64,000 bases of DNA from an uncultured Thermococci archaeon (GTDB taxonomy: Archaea > CAYQAE01 > CAYVLA01). The DNA lies in NCBI GenBank assembly GCA_964549615.1, contig CAZJVP010000099.1:64001-128000 (forward strand), given 5' to 3'. The translations under genes were made by a program, and so were the position numbers. Positions 39,802 through 50,557 of the stretch are shown here, one piece after another. The notes under the pieces were generated by a model that was not told the DNA's origin, made no database searches, and saw nothing but the letters and a program-made list of their open reading frames with translations. The stretch's first letter is position 1. The number at the start of each line of letters is the position of its first letter.

Positions 39802-40542
39802 ATGAGATGGATTCCTGAATGGCTCGGCACCTGCTACGCCAGGCTCTTCGCCGAATTCGGATCTGAATCCTTCTCGTCCGGTGAGGCAGCAAGGATCCTG
39901 GGAAAGGGGGGAAGCTACGTCAGGGTCGTGCTGAGCAAGCTCTCCCGGGAGGGGTATCTCTCGAAGGAGAAGAAGGGCAGCGAGATGACGTACAGGTGCG
40001 CGGGTCCCTACGAGGTCGTCCTGAAGGTCGTCGGATCCATTGACCTGCCGCAGCGGCAGCACATCGCCCTTGCATTACGCCTGGTCTGCGAGTCGCTAAG
40101 GGTCCTGGGCGACGACCTTGTATCCGTGGTGGTCTACGGCTCCGTCGCCAGGGGGGAGGCTCGGAAGAACAGCGACATGGATGTCCTATTGGTCGCGAGG
40201 AACCTTCCCCGCACCTTCTACGATAGGGCGGCACTCATCTACCCCGTAAAGAGGGGTTGCAGGGACATCCAGACCGATCTCTGGCGGCGGGAAGGGATCC
40301 ACTGCTCCATCCAGATCTACCCGGTCCTGCCGGAGGAACTCGACGACTTCAGACCCCTCTTCCTCGACATAGCTACGGATGGAAGGCTGCTATTCGACAG
40401 AAGGCGCTTCATGGAGCAGAAGCTGGCGGGTTGGAGGACGAGGCTGGCAGAGATCGGGGCCAAGAAGGTGAAGCTGCCTGACGGGAGATGGTATTGGGAC
40501 CTCGTCCCTAGGAGGTCCGAGTCCAGGGCGGTGGAGCTATGA
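39802..40542 (+). CDS. wHTH-fused minimal nucleotidyltransferase (MNT antitoxin) 1
   Basis: N-terminal FSSGEAARIL..VLSKLSREGYL wHTH; VYGSVARGEARKNSDMDVLLV. Confidence 0.87.
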   Translation: MRWIPEWLGTCYARLFAEFGSESFSSGEAARILGKGGSYVRVVLSKLSREGYLSKEKKGSEMTYRCAGPYEVVLKVVGSIDLPQRQHIALALRLVCESLRVLGDDLVSVVVYGSVARGEARKNSDMDVLLVARNLPRTFYDRAALIYPVKRGCRDIQTDLWRREGIHCSIQIYPVLPEELDDFRPLFLDIATDGRLLFDRRRFMEQKLAGWRTRLAEIGAKKVKLPDGRWYWDLVPRRSESRAVEL

Positions 40543-40988
40543 TGATGGAGCGGCTCGCCCTCAGCTACCTTAGGAGGGCGGAGTCCCGACTCATCGTCGC
40601 CCGCACGGCCCTAAAGAGACGATCCCACCCTGACGCGGTGCGTTACTCGCAGGAAGCTGTCGAGATGGCCCTGAAGGGCGTCCTCAGGGCAGTGGGCATC
40701 GAATACCCAAGAAGTCACGAGGTTTCCACCATCCTGTTTGCCGAAAGGCAAAGGCTACCATCGGAGGTGTCGGAGAAGCTCGAGGAACTGGCCAGGATCT
40801 CCTCCGAGCTATACGACGCCAGGGGGCCCGCCATGTACGGTGACGAGGAGTCGGGAACGCCCCCTGAGGAGATCTTTAGCCAGGACGACGCGGCCAGGTT
40901 CGTGCAGGACGCCGAGTCCGTAATAAAGGTCTGCAGATCGGCCTTTGCGGGGCTTGGGACCGAACCGGAGGGGGAACGCCGACCTTAG
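40539..40988 (+). CDS. HEPN-domain protein 1
   Basis: YLRRAESRL, SQEAVEMALKGVL..IEYPRSHEV, RGPAMYGDE. ATGA overlap with the MNT gene. Confidence 0.9.
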   Translation: MMMERLALSYLRRAESRLIVARTALKRRSHPDAVRYSQEAVEMALKGVLRAVGIEYPRSHEVSTILFAERQRLPSEVSEKLEELARISSELYDARGPAMYGDEESGTPPEEIFSQDDAARFVQDAESVIKVCRSAFAGLGTEPEGERRP

Positions 40989-41361
40989 CCGTACGCCCAG
41001 CCGCAAGCGAAGCGAATGGGATGCTGGTGGGCGAGAGGAGGACACCTTGCCACCGTCGCAAGGTGTTCCGGTTCCCCGCTGGAGGCCGATGAGGCCAGCG
41101 CGTCCTGAGGCTGTTCCAACTCGTTGAGACATATGGCGCGGCGATGGTGTCATGCGGCACAACTCATTCCTGACCGGGCTGCACGACCGCGCATGGGACA
41201 GCCTCCACGCCAGGATGATCCGCCTGTTCTCATCCAAGGAGGTTCTGCCAACAATCCCGAACGAGGCACTCGACCTCTGGGAGACCCGCTTGAGGCCGAC
41301 TCTAAGCGGTCAAGGCAAGGTCCAGACCTTCATTGGGGGGTTGACCTTCAGGCCAACTCCG

Positions 41362-43227
41362 TCAGCCCGAAAGCGGCCCGCCGGGCTTGACGCGATCATC
41401 GGCGAAGTTCAGCGAGTACCAAATCTCCATGTTCACCAGATCGGTCAGATGGGAGTCCTTCTTTCTGAAGAGGGCCCGCACGGCCTCGGGCCTGAGAATG
41501 CCATCGCGCATGAGCTTGCCGTTCGAGACGAGCGTTTCAGCGAATTCGCGCAGCTCGTTGGCGTACCAGCTCGCCACGGGAAGGAAGAACCCGATCTTCG
41601 TCCTCCTCGTGATCTCGGGCGGGAAACCCTTCTCCTCAAGGTAGGTCCTCAGCAGATCTTTGGTTCGCGCAGTACGGAAGATCTCTGCAGGCGAACTGGC
41701 AAGGACCGGCTCGAGCACCGACCTGTCCATCAGGGGGTATGTGGGCACAAGGGAGCTTGCCTGGTGGTAGTGCCATGCGAGTGCGAAGACGCTCGGGAGG
41801 CTTGACCGAACGCCGATCAGCCGTCGGCAGTTGAACGGGCCCAGGATAGCGGCCTCCAAGATCTCGTTGCGAAGAGTGGAATCCACACGCCGCCAGTCTT
41901 CGGCCGAAAGGAAGGAATCGGAGAAGACCCGTCGCGTCCGGCCGAGTGCTATGGAAAGCTCCCGCAGCAGGAAGCGGCCCGGGATGAAGCCCTCGATGAA
42001 GATCTTCGCCAGCCGACTGATGTGTCGCGATCTCTCCGGGCCGCGGGCGACGCCCACGACATGCTGCCAAACGTTCAGCCGCAGAAATCGCTTCGAGGAT
42101 GGGCCGAGATGGCCCAGACGCACAAGCGAGAATACCGCGTCGGCCGCGGCCCAGTCCACCCAGGACGGATAGCCCCCGAAGAGTTCGTCGCCCCCATCGC
42201 CGCAGAACACGACCCTCGCCCCCTCGCCTGCGGCCAAGGCGGCAGCGCAGTATCCTTCCCCGCCCGGGTCACCGCCTTCCTGTGCGACCCGGACCATCTC
42301 CCCAAGCATCCTGCGCAGGTCGTTCCAGTCGATCGACCGGCTCTTGTGGGTTGACCCGATGTGCTCGCTTGCCTTGAGGGCGAAGGGTCTCTCGTCCCAG
42401 CCCCTCTTCGCACCGCCCACGGAGAGCGTCACGATCGGGCAGTTCCATTGCTCTCGTGCAAGTCTGGAGAGCGTGGCACAGACGGTCGAGGTGTCTATTC
42501 CGCCGCTGAGGTAGGCGTATGGAGGCGGTTGCACAGCCTGCATCCTAACCTTGGTCGAGTGGGCGATTGCCTGCCAAATCGTTTCCCACCTCAAACCCTC
42601 CTGCCTCTTCGAAAGATGGACCGCCGCATCCCAGTAGATGGATTGCTCGAAAGCTTGTTGGTCTGCTCTGAGCATGGACCCCGGCCCGACCTTTCGGATC
42701 CCCTCATACATCGTCCTAGAGCCATCCGTCCTGCCCTGGATCAGCACCTCGGCCATGCCCATCCTGTCAAGGGGCGGGCGGGGACCAGCTCGAGCCAAGG
42801 CAGCGAGATCCGTCGAAAACACGATCGCACCCTCAACAGGCCGGTAGTAGAGAGGCCGACTCCCGAAGTGGTCCGTAACGAGATACAGTTCCGATCTGGC
42901 GGGGTCAAAGAGGACGATCGAGAACTCACCGTTCAGCCCCCCGAAGAGGGCGGCGCCTTGCGATGAGAAGCCGCTGGCCAACCCGATGGCCTGATTCCCC
43001 GAGTCGACTGGGTAGATCCTCCCCATCAACGCGACGAGGGGACCTTCCCCTTCATGATGCCATTGCACAGGCTCCCCGGGTCGGTTGAAGGCCCGCAGCT
43101 CAAGGCGATCGGAGACGTATGAATGGTCGGGGCCGGATTGCCCAATGCACATGTAGGTCGACGCCTGGTCGAGAAGTGGGCCGTCGATTCGCCCATGAAA
43201 GGCGTATACGCCGACCAGTCTCGCCAC
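41362..43227 (-). CDS. AsnB-like amide synthetase 2 (no N-terminal Cys)
   Basis: Close paralogue of 15738-17600: LSGGIDTS, CGDGGDELFGGY, TKIGF. Confidence 0.87.
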   Translation of the reverse strand: MARLVGVYAFHGRIDGPLLDQASTYMCIGQSGPDHSYVSDRLELRAFNRPGEPVQWHHEGEGPLVALMGRIYPVDSGNQAIGLASGFSSQGAALFGGLNGEFSIVLFDPARSELYLVTDHFGSRPLYYRPVEGAIVFSTDLAALARAGPRPPLDRMGMAEVLIQGRTDGSRTMYEGIRKVGPGSMLRADQQAFEQSIYWDAAVHLSKRQEGLRWETIWQAIAHSTKVRMQAVQPPPYAYLSGGIDTSTVCATLSRLAREQWNCPIVTLSVGGAKRGWDERPFALKASEHIGSTHKSRSIDWNDLRRMLGEMVRVAQEGGDPGGEGYCAAALAAGEGARVVFCGDGGDELFGGYPSWVDWAAADAVFSLVRLGHLGPSSKRFLRLNVWQHVVGVARGPERSRHISRLAKIFIEGFIPGRFLLRELSIALGRTRRVFSDSFLSAEDWRRVDSTLRNEILEAAILGPFNCRRLIGVRSSLPSVFALAWHYHQASSLVPTYPLMDRSVLEPVLASSPAEIFRTARTKDLLRTYLEEKGFPPEITRRTKIGFFLPVASWYANELREFAETLVSNGKLMRDGILRPEAVRALFRKKDSHLTDLVNMEIWYSLNFADDRVKPGGPLSG

Positions 43228-43499
43228 GTTGCCCGGGTAGGATGGGCCCCATAATAAGATTTGCCGTGCATCCGTGCATCCGTGCATTGAACCTTGACGC
43301 TCTTCGCTGTCTGGTCTCGGGACGAGCCGGCAAAGCGGTTCGTCGAAGCCCACATCGGTGAGTCGCGTCACATCGTGCTCCCGCTGCAGCGTAGCCACCT
43401 CAGGCCATGAAAGGGGTCGGGGGCGACTTTTGGGTAAACCGTCCGCGGCGCGAAGCATTATATGGAGCTTTGTGGCTGCTTGTTCGAGGAAGACGGAAG

Positions 43500-44600
43500 G
43501 TGTCTGGCCAGGAGTACTGTGCAGTTCCCTACAGCCCGGACTTGCTGCCAGACATCGCGCAGCTGATGGTCTATCTGTGGGGCGGCGATCCGGAGGCCAA
43601 CACGTCCTACTTCCGGTGGAAATACGAGCGTAACCCGCATTCAGACGAGCCCCTTGCCGTGGTAGGCCTGAGGGGGAGCAAAGTTGTGGGGTTCCGCGGG
43701 TTCTTCGCCACCAAGTGGACCGCGGGACGGGACCAGACGGTGAGGGTGCTCTGCCCTAGCGATACATGCGTCCACCCGGACCACCGCAGGAGAGGGCTTT
43801 CCGTATTGATGGGCAGGGCGGCGATGCGACTGTATGAGGGCAGATACCCCATATTCCTCAACACGAGCTGCAGCCACCAATCCCTTCCCGGCTACGTTAG
43901 GATGGGCTTCCTTCCTCTCGCTCAACGGAACTACCTCGCGAAGGTGCGTCTTTCAGCGTTTTTCTCATCATTGCCGGTCTTGAGCCCTGTCAGTCGGATC
44001 CTTAGAGGGCAGGGGCCGTCCCAGGCCCAAGGGCTAAGACTGCCGCTTGGTGGTGCCTTGGAGTTCCTGGTCACAGATAGAGTTTTGCCCGAAGAGATGG
44101 CCGGAGTCGTCGCCAAGCGGGGACGAAACCCCGCCCGCCTCACCCTCTGCCAGGATGAGGCGTATTTCCGGTGGAGATTCGCCAGCGGGAGAAGGCGCTA
44201 CTCCTTCTGCTACCTTATGGAGGGGCAGAAGGTTGCGGGCTACGCAGCTCTAAGGCTCTTCCGGAGGGGACGCGCCACGATCATCGACTACGGAGGAGTA
44301 GATGAGAACTGCACAAAGACGCTTCTGGGTGCCGCCGTTGCAACGTTGAGGCTCGACGTGCTCTCCATCTGGGACTTCTCCGTGGAAAGTTCGCTCAGGC
44401 AGTACCTCAGCTCGCTAGGATTTCGGCGGGACTCCCTGACAGCCTTCATAGAGAAGAGATTGTGGGGAGAGGTTTCCCTCCCTCTTCTGGTGCGTCCCGT
44501 CGCGGAGAGCTTCCGAGAGGACGACTGGTACATCGGGGGGCTGGACGTTCGCAGGATCGAGAGCTGGCTCATAAGGGAGATTTGCTCGGATGCCGCGTGA
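43500..44600 (+). CDS. GNAT-family protein (tandem GNAT)
   Basis: YFRWKYERNP, VVGFRG, DTCVHPDHRRRGL, SLPGYVRMG, AYFRWRF. Confidence 0.83.
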   Translation: MSGQEYCAVPYSPDLLPDIAQLMVYLWGGDPEANTSYFRWKYERNPHSDEPLAVVGLRGSKVVGFRGFFATKWTAGRDQTVRVLCPSDTCVHPDHRRRGLSVLMGRAAMRLYEGRYPIFLNTSCSHQSLPGYVRMGFLPLAQRNYLAKVRLSAFFSSLPVLSPVSRILRGQGPSQAQGLRLPLGGALEFLVTDRVLPEEMAGVVAKRGRNPARLTLCQDEAYFRWRFASGRRRYSFCYLMEGQKVAGYAALRLFRRGRATIIDYGGVDENCTKTLLGAAVATLRLDVLSIWDFSVESSLRQYLSSLGFRRDSLTAFIEKRLWGEVSLPLLVRPVAESFREDDWYIGGLDVRRIESWLIREICSDAA

Positions 44601-44764
44601 CCTGCGACTGAGTGCCAAGAGAATTGTGCCACGCGCCGCATCGGGCCGCTCTCTATGAACGAATAGGATGAGTGGGACGGCAGAAGGAAAGCAATTGACA
44701 GAAGTGCCCCGTTTCCCATAAGAATCCCCACAGCTAGTGCACTCAGACGAAGGCGGGTGTATCG

Positions 44765-45649
44765 ATGTTCGCTCGGACCGGGAGGCCCAGAAGTCTGAGC
44801 ACGCTTTGCCTAGTGGCTCTATCGCCGGTGCCTCTCTTACTGTTCTACGTCCTGCCCCCAGCCTCAACGGTTCCCGTCCAACTCGTAGACAACTGTGACT
44901 TCAGATCCTGGGAGGACGGGAATCCTACGTGATGGGAGGTGGTGATGGAACAGGGCACTACGCTTGCACCCAGCCTCGACAGCGCCCATGGGGGTTTCTC
45001 CGTCCAGATGAACACGACCGACTCCTACGATGTGTATCTGCGCCAAGAGATATGGGTAGATGAGTCGGTTTGCCGCTCGGTGATTCTTGGGTTCGTCTTC
45101 AGGATCGACGAGATCGACGACATCGACTCCAACGGCCAGCACAGCCTCACGGGACTGGAGATCGGCCTTGAGGGAGGGGATGTGGACTGGGACGGCCAGC
45201 CCGAGTATATGTACCACTACTTCTTCACCGATGAGTGCGTGAGGGCGGAGGACTTCCCGGCATGGCAGTACAATACCACGCCCACGGATGCACCCCACAA
45301 GATGGCCTTCCTTCACAGGGTCGACTCGGTTGGCGTCTGGAACAGCTTCGAATGCAACATCTCACACCTCTTCCTCGAAAACCTGGGGGGCTTTCCGCGT
45401 GGTGCCATAGACCTCCGCGTCTGGGCGTTTAGGTGGGGGGATGGAAAACCGGATTCCGGGATAAGGGCAACGATCGACTCGGTCGGCATCTGGGTTCCCG
45501 AAGGGACCGCCATAGCCATTCTGGTACTGGGCGCCATGGCCGGCGCATCCCACCGACTGCTTGACAAGGCCTGCGCGGGCCAATCCGCTCAGCCTGCAGA
45601 TTGCCATGAAGCTCCGACGACCGCACGCGCCGAGCACGATCTTAAGTAG
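44765..45649 (+). pseudogene. Exported protein with VPE-TM C-terminus, copy 2 (single in-frame TGA)
   Basis: ATG 44765 gives signal peptide MFARTGRPRSLSTLCLVALSPVPLLLFYVL..NCDFRSWEDGNPT*WEVV. TGA 44930-44932 is in frame with ORF 44939-45649, which ends IWVPEGTAIAILVLGAMAG. Confidence 0.78.
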
Positions 45650-45973
45650 GGCGGGAACCGTCCGAGGTGATCAGAAAGAGGCCGTCCCGCAGTTGGCGAC
45701 GCGAAGCACGCACGGCGCGCTTCGGATCGCTTCGATCGAGAGCGATGCAACCCTTTTCCAACCCGCTTCGAAGTGGATCCGAGTCAAAGCGGGGCGGGAG
45801 TTGTTGAGGGCGGTACCTGGCTATCTCCTGGCGTACGGGCGGCCTGCGTCTGGCTCTCTCCGGGAGCGACGTCCGGTCCGGGCAAGCCGGATAATTCCCG
45901 GTCCGGAGAGTCCCGGAACAACTTTTCGCGCCGGACCGTCCCAGCCGTCCGGGCATCCAAGGAGGACCGATCG

Positions 45974-47614
45974 ATGACCGTGGGAGAGCTCCGCGCATCC
46001 AAGAGCCCCGCCTCGCACCAGGTCGACAGCCGCGGGCTGGCCATCCTCGGATTGCTGATCATCCTCGTTGTCGGCTCGAGCCTGAGGATCTTTCGGCTCT
46101 CGTCGGAGAGCCTCTGGCTGGATGAGACGACGAGCGTACTCATATCACAGGTTGAGTGGGCCAAGTCTTGGGAATCGATGGCGAGCGATCCCAACCCTCC
46201 CCTACACTATCTTGCCCTGCGTTGGTGGATCGGGGTCTTCGGCGACAGCGAATCGTCGGTGAGGATGCTGTCCGTCGTCTTCGGGATCGTCTCGATAGCC
46301 TTCATGTACCTCACGGCGCGGCAGCTCCTCGGCGAGGCCGTGGGACTGCTTGCAAGCCTCATCCTCGCCTTGTCCCAGCTGCACATCACCTACTCCCAGG
46401 AGGCCCGCGCATACGCGATGATGTCCATGCTCGCCCTCGTCTCGACATACTGCCTGCTGAGGTTCCTGCGGCATGACGGGTCGAGAAACCTTCTAGGGGT
46501 CTTCTTCTCGAATGTTTGCATGCTCTACACGCACGTCTTCGCCTCCTTCGTTCTCGCATCCCAAGCACTCTTCGTCGCCTACCTGTGGCTGAGGCAATCA
46601 AACGCGTCTGCATGCGGGGGCCGCGCTTCGTCGGAGGCCGCGGGAGTGTCGGAATCCAAACCTGGCCCCCCATTCGGCGGCGTTGAGAGGAGGGGCCTCC
46701 TTCGGTGGGTTGTATGTCAGTTCTTCGTCGCATTGGCCTTTGCGCCCTGGGTTGCGAACATGCTGGCAAACCTTGCCAGGATAAGGGGCCTCAGCCCTGA
46801 AGGTGTCCCAGGGATGGGAATATCTTGGCTTGGAAGGCCTAGCGTGGCGGGCCTTGCGAGGACCTTGGAGCACTACAGCGGTGCTGGCGAAGTCGGACTC
46901 CTCCTCTTCTTCTGCCTCTTCGTCCTCGGCGTCTTCTGCGTCGGTAAGCACTCCGGCAGATTCTCTTGGCGCGCGCCCGCAGTCTCCCTCTCCACCTATT
47001 CGTGGACCCTCACGCTTGGAAGCCTCGATGCCGTGGTGCTTCTGCTCTCCTGGCTGGCGTTTCCCACGCTTGTCCCGTTCATCCTTTCCATCGTCCTCTT
47101 CCCCATCTACGACCCACGCTACACCATCGCCGCCTCCCTGAGCTACTACATCCTCGTTGCAAGGGGGATCAGAAACGTCGCGGCTGGCACGAACAGACTG
47201 GTCGGCATGCTCTTGGTCTGCATGCTCTGTGCGTCAAGCGCATGGGGCCTTCGGCCCTACTATGCCCAGACCCAAAAGGAGCAGTGGAGGGAGACGGAGA
47301 GATACATATCTGCGAACATGGCCGCCGGCGAGATCATAGTGTTCAATGCCCCCTACGTGCGCGGCGCGTTCTGGTACTACCACCGTCACCACGGAAATAC
47401 GACCTATCTCACAGGGGCGCACACCGTGCAAGAGTTGCACGAGGTGCTGAATCAGAACCCGACGGCGACGGGCATCTGGCTCGTGCTTTCCCACGACCGT
47501 TTCACCGACCCGCAAGGATCCGTCAAGAAAGAGCTTGACGCAACATATCTCCTGCGGGAGGAAAAGCACTTCGTGGGCATAGCGATCCGTCACTACACTG
47601 CAAGGAACGATTGA
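45974..47614 (+). CDS. GT-C membrane glycosyltransferase 3
   Basis: SLWLDE, NPPLHY, SQEARAY, KEQWRE; GGAGG SD before ATG 45974. Confidence 0.88.
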   Translation: MTVGELRASKSPASHQVDSRGLAILGLLIILVVGSSLRIFRLSSESLWLDETTSVLISQVEWAKSWESMASDPNPPLHYLALRWWIGVFGDSESSVRMLSVVFGIVSIAFMYLTARQLLGEAVGLLASLILALSQLHITYSQEARAYAMMSMLALVSTYCLLRFLRHDGSRNLLGVFFSNVCMLYTHVFASFVLASQALFVAYLWLRQSNASACGGRASSEAAGVSESKPGPPFGGVERRGLLRWVVCQFFVALAFAPWVANMLANLARIRGLSPEGVPGMGISWLGRPSVAGLARTLEHYSGAGEVGLLLFFCLFVLGVFCVGKHSGRFSWRAPAVSLSTYSWTLTLGSLDAVVLLLSWLAFPTLVPFILSIVLFPIYDPRYTIAASLSYYILVARGIRNVAAGTNRLVGMLLVCMLCASSAWGLRPYYAQTQKEQWRETERYISANMAAGEIIVFNAPYVRGAFWYYHRHHGNTTYLTGAHTVQELHEVLNQNPTATGIWLVLSHDRFTDPQGSVKKELDATYLLREEKHFVGIAIRHYTARND

Positions 47615-47875
47615 GCAGACGTAGTTCGGCAGGAGTTCGAGAGATCGTCAACAGCGCGCAGCAGCTTTCGAAGACCCGGATTGACTGCTTGATGAGCGAC
47701 CCCATGCACACCATGGTGCCTCGGGGTAGACCAGTTGGGGAACCGTCCATGCGCGCTTGTGGGTAAAGCCGCTCGCAGATCCAACCTTGCCAGCTAGGCT
47801 TTCACCGCTAATCTTTTTCTTCCCAGCGATGGGTCCTGAAGTGAACGAGCGGAGACAGGAAGCCGGGGCGAAAAC

Positions 47876-49162
47876 TTGAAAATCGCCTTCGTTGCACCTT
47901 TCGGACTCAACGTTCTCCCGCCGTACCAGCTATCCGGAGGAATATGGATTTACGAGGTGGCGCGCAGGCTCGGCACCCGGCACGATGTGTGGGTGTACTC
48001 CTGGCGTAACCCCCTCCAAGCCGAACCGCGCAGAGATGACGTTGTACACTATAGGTTCCTCGACTCCGTGCTCGCTAGGCCCACCCGTAAGGTTTTGCAC
48101 CCGCTCATGGGGCTGAGGGGTCCGCGAACACCGTATTTTGCATCGGCGCTCGCCAACCCGGGCTATAGCCTCGCAGTCGTACGAGACATCCTTCGCCAGC
48201 ATTTCGACGCAATCCTAGCGGATGAAGTCTTCACACTTCCCGTCCTCTTGGGCAGTTTTTCCCGTCGGCCTCGCGTGGCTTTCCGCATGCGCGCCGAGTG
48301 GCTCGCTCAGTTCGACCGCTCCTTCGTCGAGCGGCGGATCAGGTCAAGCGACCTCGTTCTCGGCTGCAGCAGATACGTCACCGAGGCCGTGAGGCGACGA
48401 TTCCCAGAATACGCGGACCGATGCCTGACGGTGTACGAGGGCGTAGACCAGGGACGGTTCGCCCCGCTCGGAGCCCGGAATGGTAGAGATCACGATCCAA
48501 CAACCTTGCTCTTCGTGGGAAGGGTTTCGCCCGAGAAGGGGCTTCACACTTTGCTAGATGCCTTCTACAAGGTCCTCAAGGAGTGCCCGGACTGCAAGTT
48601 GCAGGTCGTGGGACAATACACGTCCGCCCCACTTGAGATGATCATCTTGCCGAGCCATGACCCTGGCGTTCGTTCATTGGCTCGCTTCTACCGACCTGAA
48701 TCCCAGACAGCCTACCGCGACTACCTCTTGGTTCAAGCCCAAGCCCTCGGGATTCGTGACCGGGTCAGCTTCTCAGGGCCAAGGCCGTACGAGGACATGC
48801 CGAGCTTCTATCGATGTGCGGACGTACTCGTCAACCCATCGTTCGTCGAAACATTCGGGAGGTCCCTGATCGAAGGGATGGCCTGCGGGCTTCCGGTTGT
48901 CGCGACGAGGGTAGGGGGCATGCCGGAGATCGTCGATGAGGGGCGGAATGGCCTCATGGTCGATCCAGGCGATTCGGAGGCTCTATCCCAGGCCATTCTG
49001 AAGCTGGTCTTGAATCCGAGGCAGGCGCGGTCCATGGGTCTAGCAGGCCGCAAGAAGGCCATCGATCGCTTTGCGTGGGACGTGATTGTGCCCAGACTCC
49101 TGGAGATCATAGAAGATCCTCGTCCCAGGACTGCTCGCTCACTGGTCTCGCCAAAGAAGTGA
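47876..49162 (+). CDS. GT4 glycosyltransferase
   Basis: LFVGRVSPEKG, ADVLVNPS..ETFGRSLIEGMACGLPVVATRVGG. Confidence 0.93.
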   Translation: MKIAFVAPFGLNVLPPYQLSGGIWIYEVARRLGTRHDVWVYSWRNPLQAEPRRDDVVHYRFLDSVLARPTRKVLHPLMGLRGPRTPYFASALANPGYSLAVVRDILRQHFDAILADEVFTLPVLLGSFSRRPRVAFRMRAEWLAQFDRSFVERRIRSSDLVLGCSRYVTEAVRRRFPEYADRCLTVYEGVDQGRFAPLGARNGRDHDPTTLLFVGRVSPEKGLHTLLDAFYKVLKECPDCKLQVVGQYTSAPLEMIILPSHDPGVRSLARFYRPESQTAYRDYLLVQAQALGIRDRVSFSGPRPYEDMPSFYRCADVLVNPSFVETFGRSLIEGMACGLPVVATRVGGMPEIVDEGRNGLMVDPGDSEALSQAILKLVLNPRQARSMGLAGRKKAIDRFAWDVIVPRLLEIIEDPRPRTARSLVSPKK

Positions 49163-49399
49163 TCTGAGGGCTACTGCCCACCGATGGGTCCCCGACTGGC
49201 TCTTTAAGGGTCGGGCTGCCGGTCTAGCCGGCGAGCCTCGGATTCTGCCTCCCCTTCCCGGAGGCCGCCAAGCTGCGACGGACCGCTCTGTCTTGCGACA
49301 AATCCCAAAGAAATAGCGAAATTGCGGTGAATATTTTAAGAAAGTTTTGCTCGATCTCCTCATGAGCGGCGCAAGTCTGCGTCCCGAGGTGTAGAATCA

Positions 49400-50557
49400 A
49401 TGAAGCAGATAGGAAATCTCACAATCGCGCTCCTCATCGTGCAATCCATCACTGCAGCGGTGCTCAGCGTTGACGCCGTGTCCCCGGGTCTTGACGATTT
49501 GGAGGTTTGGGTGGCCCGTGAGGCCATGAATCTGGTCGAACTGTCCCATCTTTGTGACGACCTTGCCGCGCAGATCTCTGGGGGCCGAACGGATGGTACG
49601 AACCTCGCCGACTTGCTTGCCAGCCTGTCCGACCGGCTTGAGGCAGTCAGGACCGCGCTGGATGGCCTCGAGGCGCAGATACGATCGATGGAGATGCCCG
49701 AATCGGATGTAACCGCAGGACTGCTCAAGGACATCGAACTTCTCAGGTCACAGAACGCCGCCCTTCGTGAGAAACTCCAGATCCTGAGGAAAGCAGCCTA
49801 CGCGGGGCCGCCCCTAGCTGAAGGCGGGAGTACGGACTCTAGGCTCGTGACAAGCGCTTTGGGCAAAGCAGCATACGCCATGCTCGTCGTCTCCCAGGAG
49901 ATGCGGGGAAGCTTTTTGGACATCTCGAGCATCATCGGAGCAGGCATCGGGACGCTCGCAAGGCTCAGCGATGCCACGGGTGGCCGGTTGCCAGTGGGCG
50001 CCACGCCCGGGCTCGTGGTCACCGTCTTCGCCGTCCTCCTTGCCTTCGCGCTGGTGAGCATGGCCATTCAGACCTACTACAGGGAAGCATTCGATCATAG
50101 GGCAGACGACACCCGCATCCCGGGCCTGCTAGTAGCGTCTGCCGTGCCCTGGGGTGATGTCTCCTCACCGACAGGTGGGCCATTCTTGGACATTTCTGCC
50201 AAAGGCGAGGCGACGGGCCGCGCTGGAAAGCTTTCGGACGCAGATGAGGAGTACGCCATCATGCTTCTGAAGCTCGGCTACAGGGAGGAGGCCCTCCGGG
50301 TCGTATCCCCCGGAACGACCACTCGGCATTCGCCCCGCGGCCAAGCACCACCCCGGGATGGGGGTCAGACCGATGGATCGCTCGTCGGGCGCGCAGGGCC
50401 CGGCCCCCTGGGCAGGCAAACGCGGCGCGATCCTGCGAGGCATTTCGGACAGGCAAGGAGGCTGTACAAGAAGGCCTTCAACTCGCTGATAATAGCGGGC
50501 AGAAGGAGCAGGCGGTACAAGATGGGGCCCATCCGACGGGCCGGGAAGAAACCCTAG
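49400..50557 (+). CDS. Hypothetical membrane protein with coiled-coil
   Basis: Hydrophobic N-terminus, heptad-rich region, internal TM (LVVTVFAVLLAFALVSMAI); GAGGTG SD and AT-rich promoter upstream. Confidence 0.6.
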   Translation: MKQIGNLTIALLIVQSITAAVLSVDAVSPGLDDLEVWVAREAMNLVELSHLCDDLAAQISGGRTDGTNLADLLASLSDRLEAVRTALDGLEAQIRSMEMPESDVTAGLLKDIELLRSQNAALREKLQILRKAAYAGPPLAEGGSTDSRLVTSALGKAAYAMLVVSQEMRGSFLDISSIIGAGIGTLARLSDATGGRLPVGATPGLVVTVFAVLLAFALVSMAIQTYYREAFDHRADDTRIPGLLVASAVPWGDVSSPTGGPFLDISAKGEATGRAGKLSDADEEYAIMLLKLGYREEALRVVSPGTTTRHSPRGQAPPRDGGQTDGSLVGRAGPGPLGRQTRRDPARHFGQARRLYKKAFNSLIIAGRRSRRYKMGPIRRAGKKP

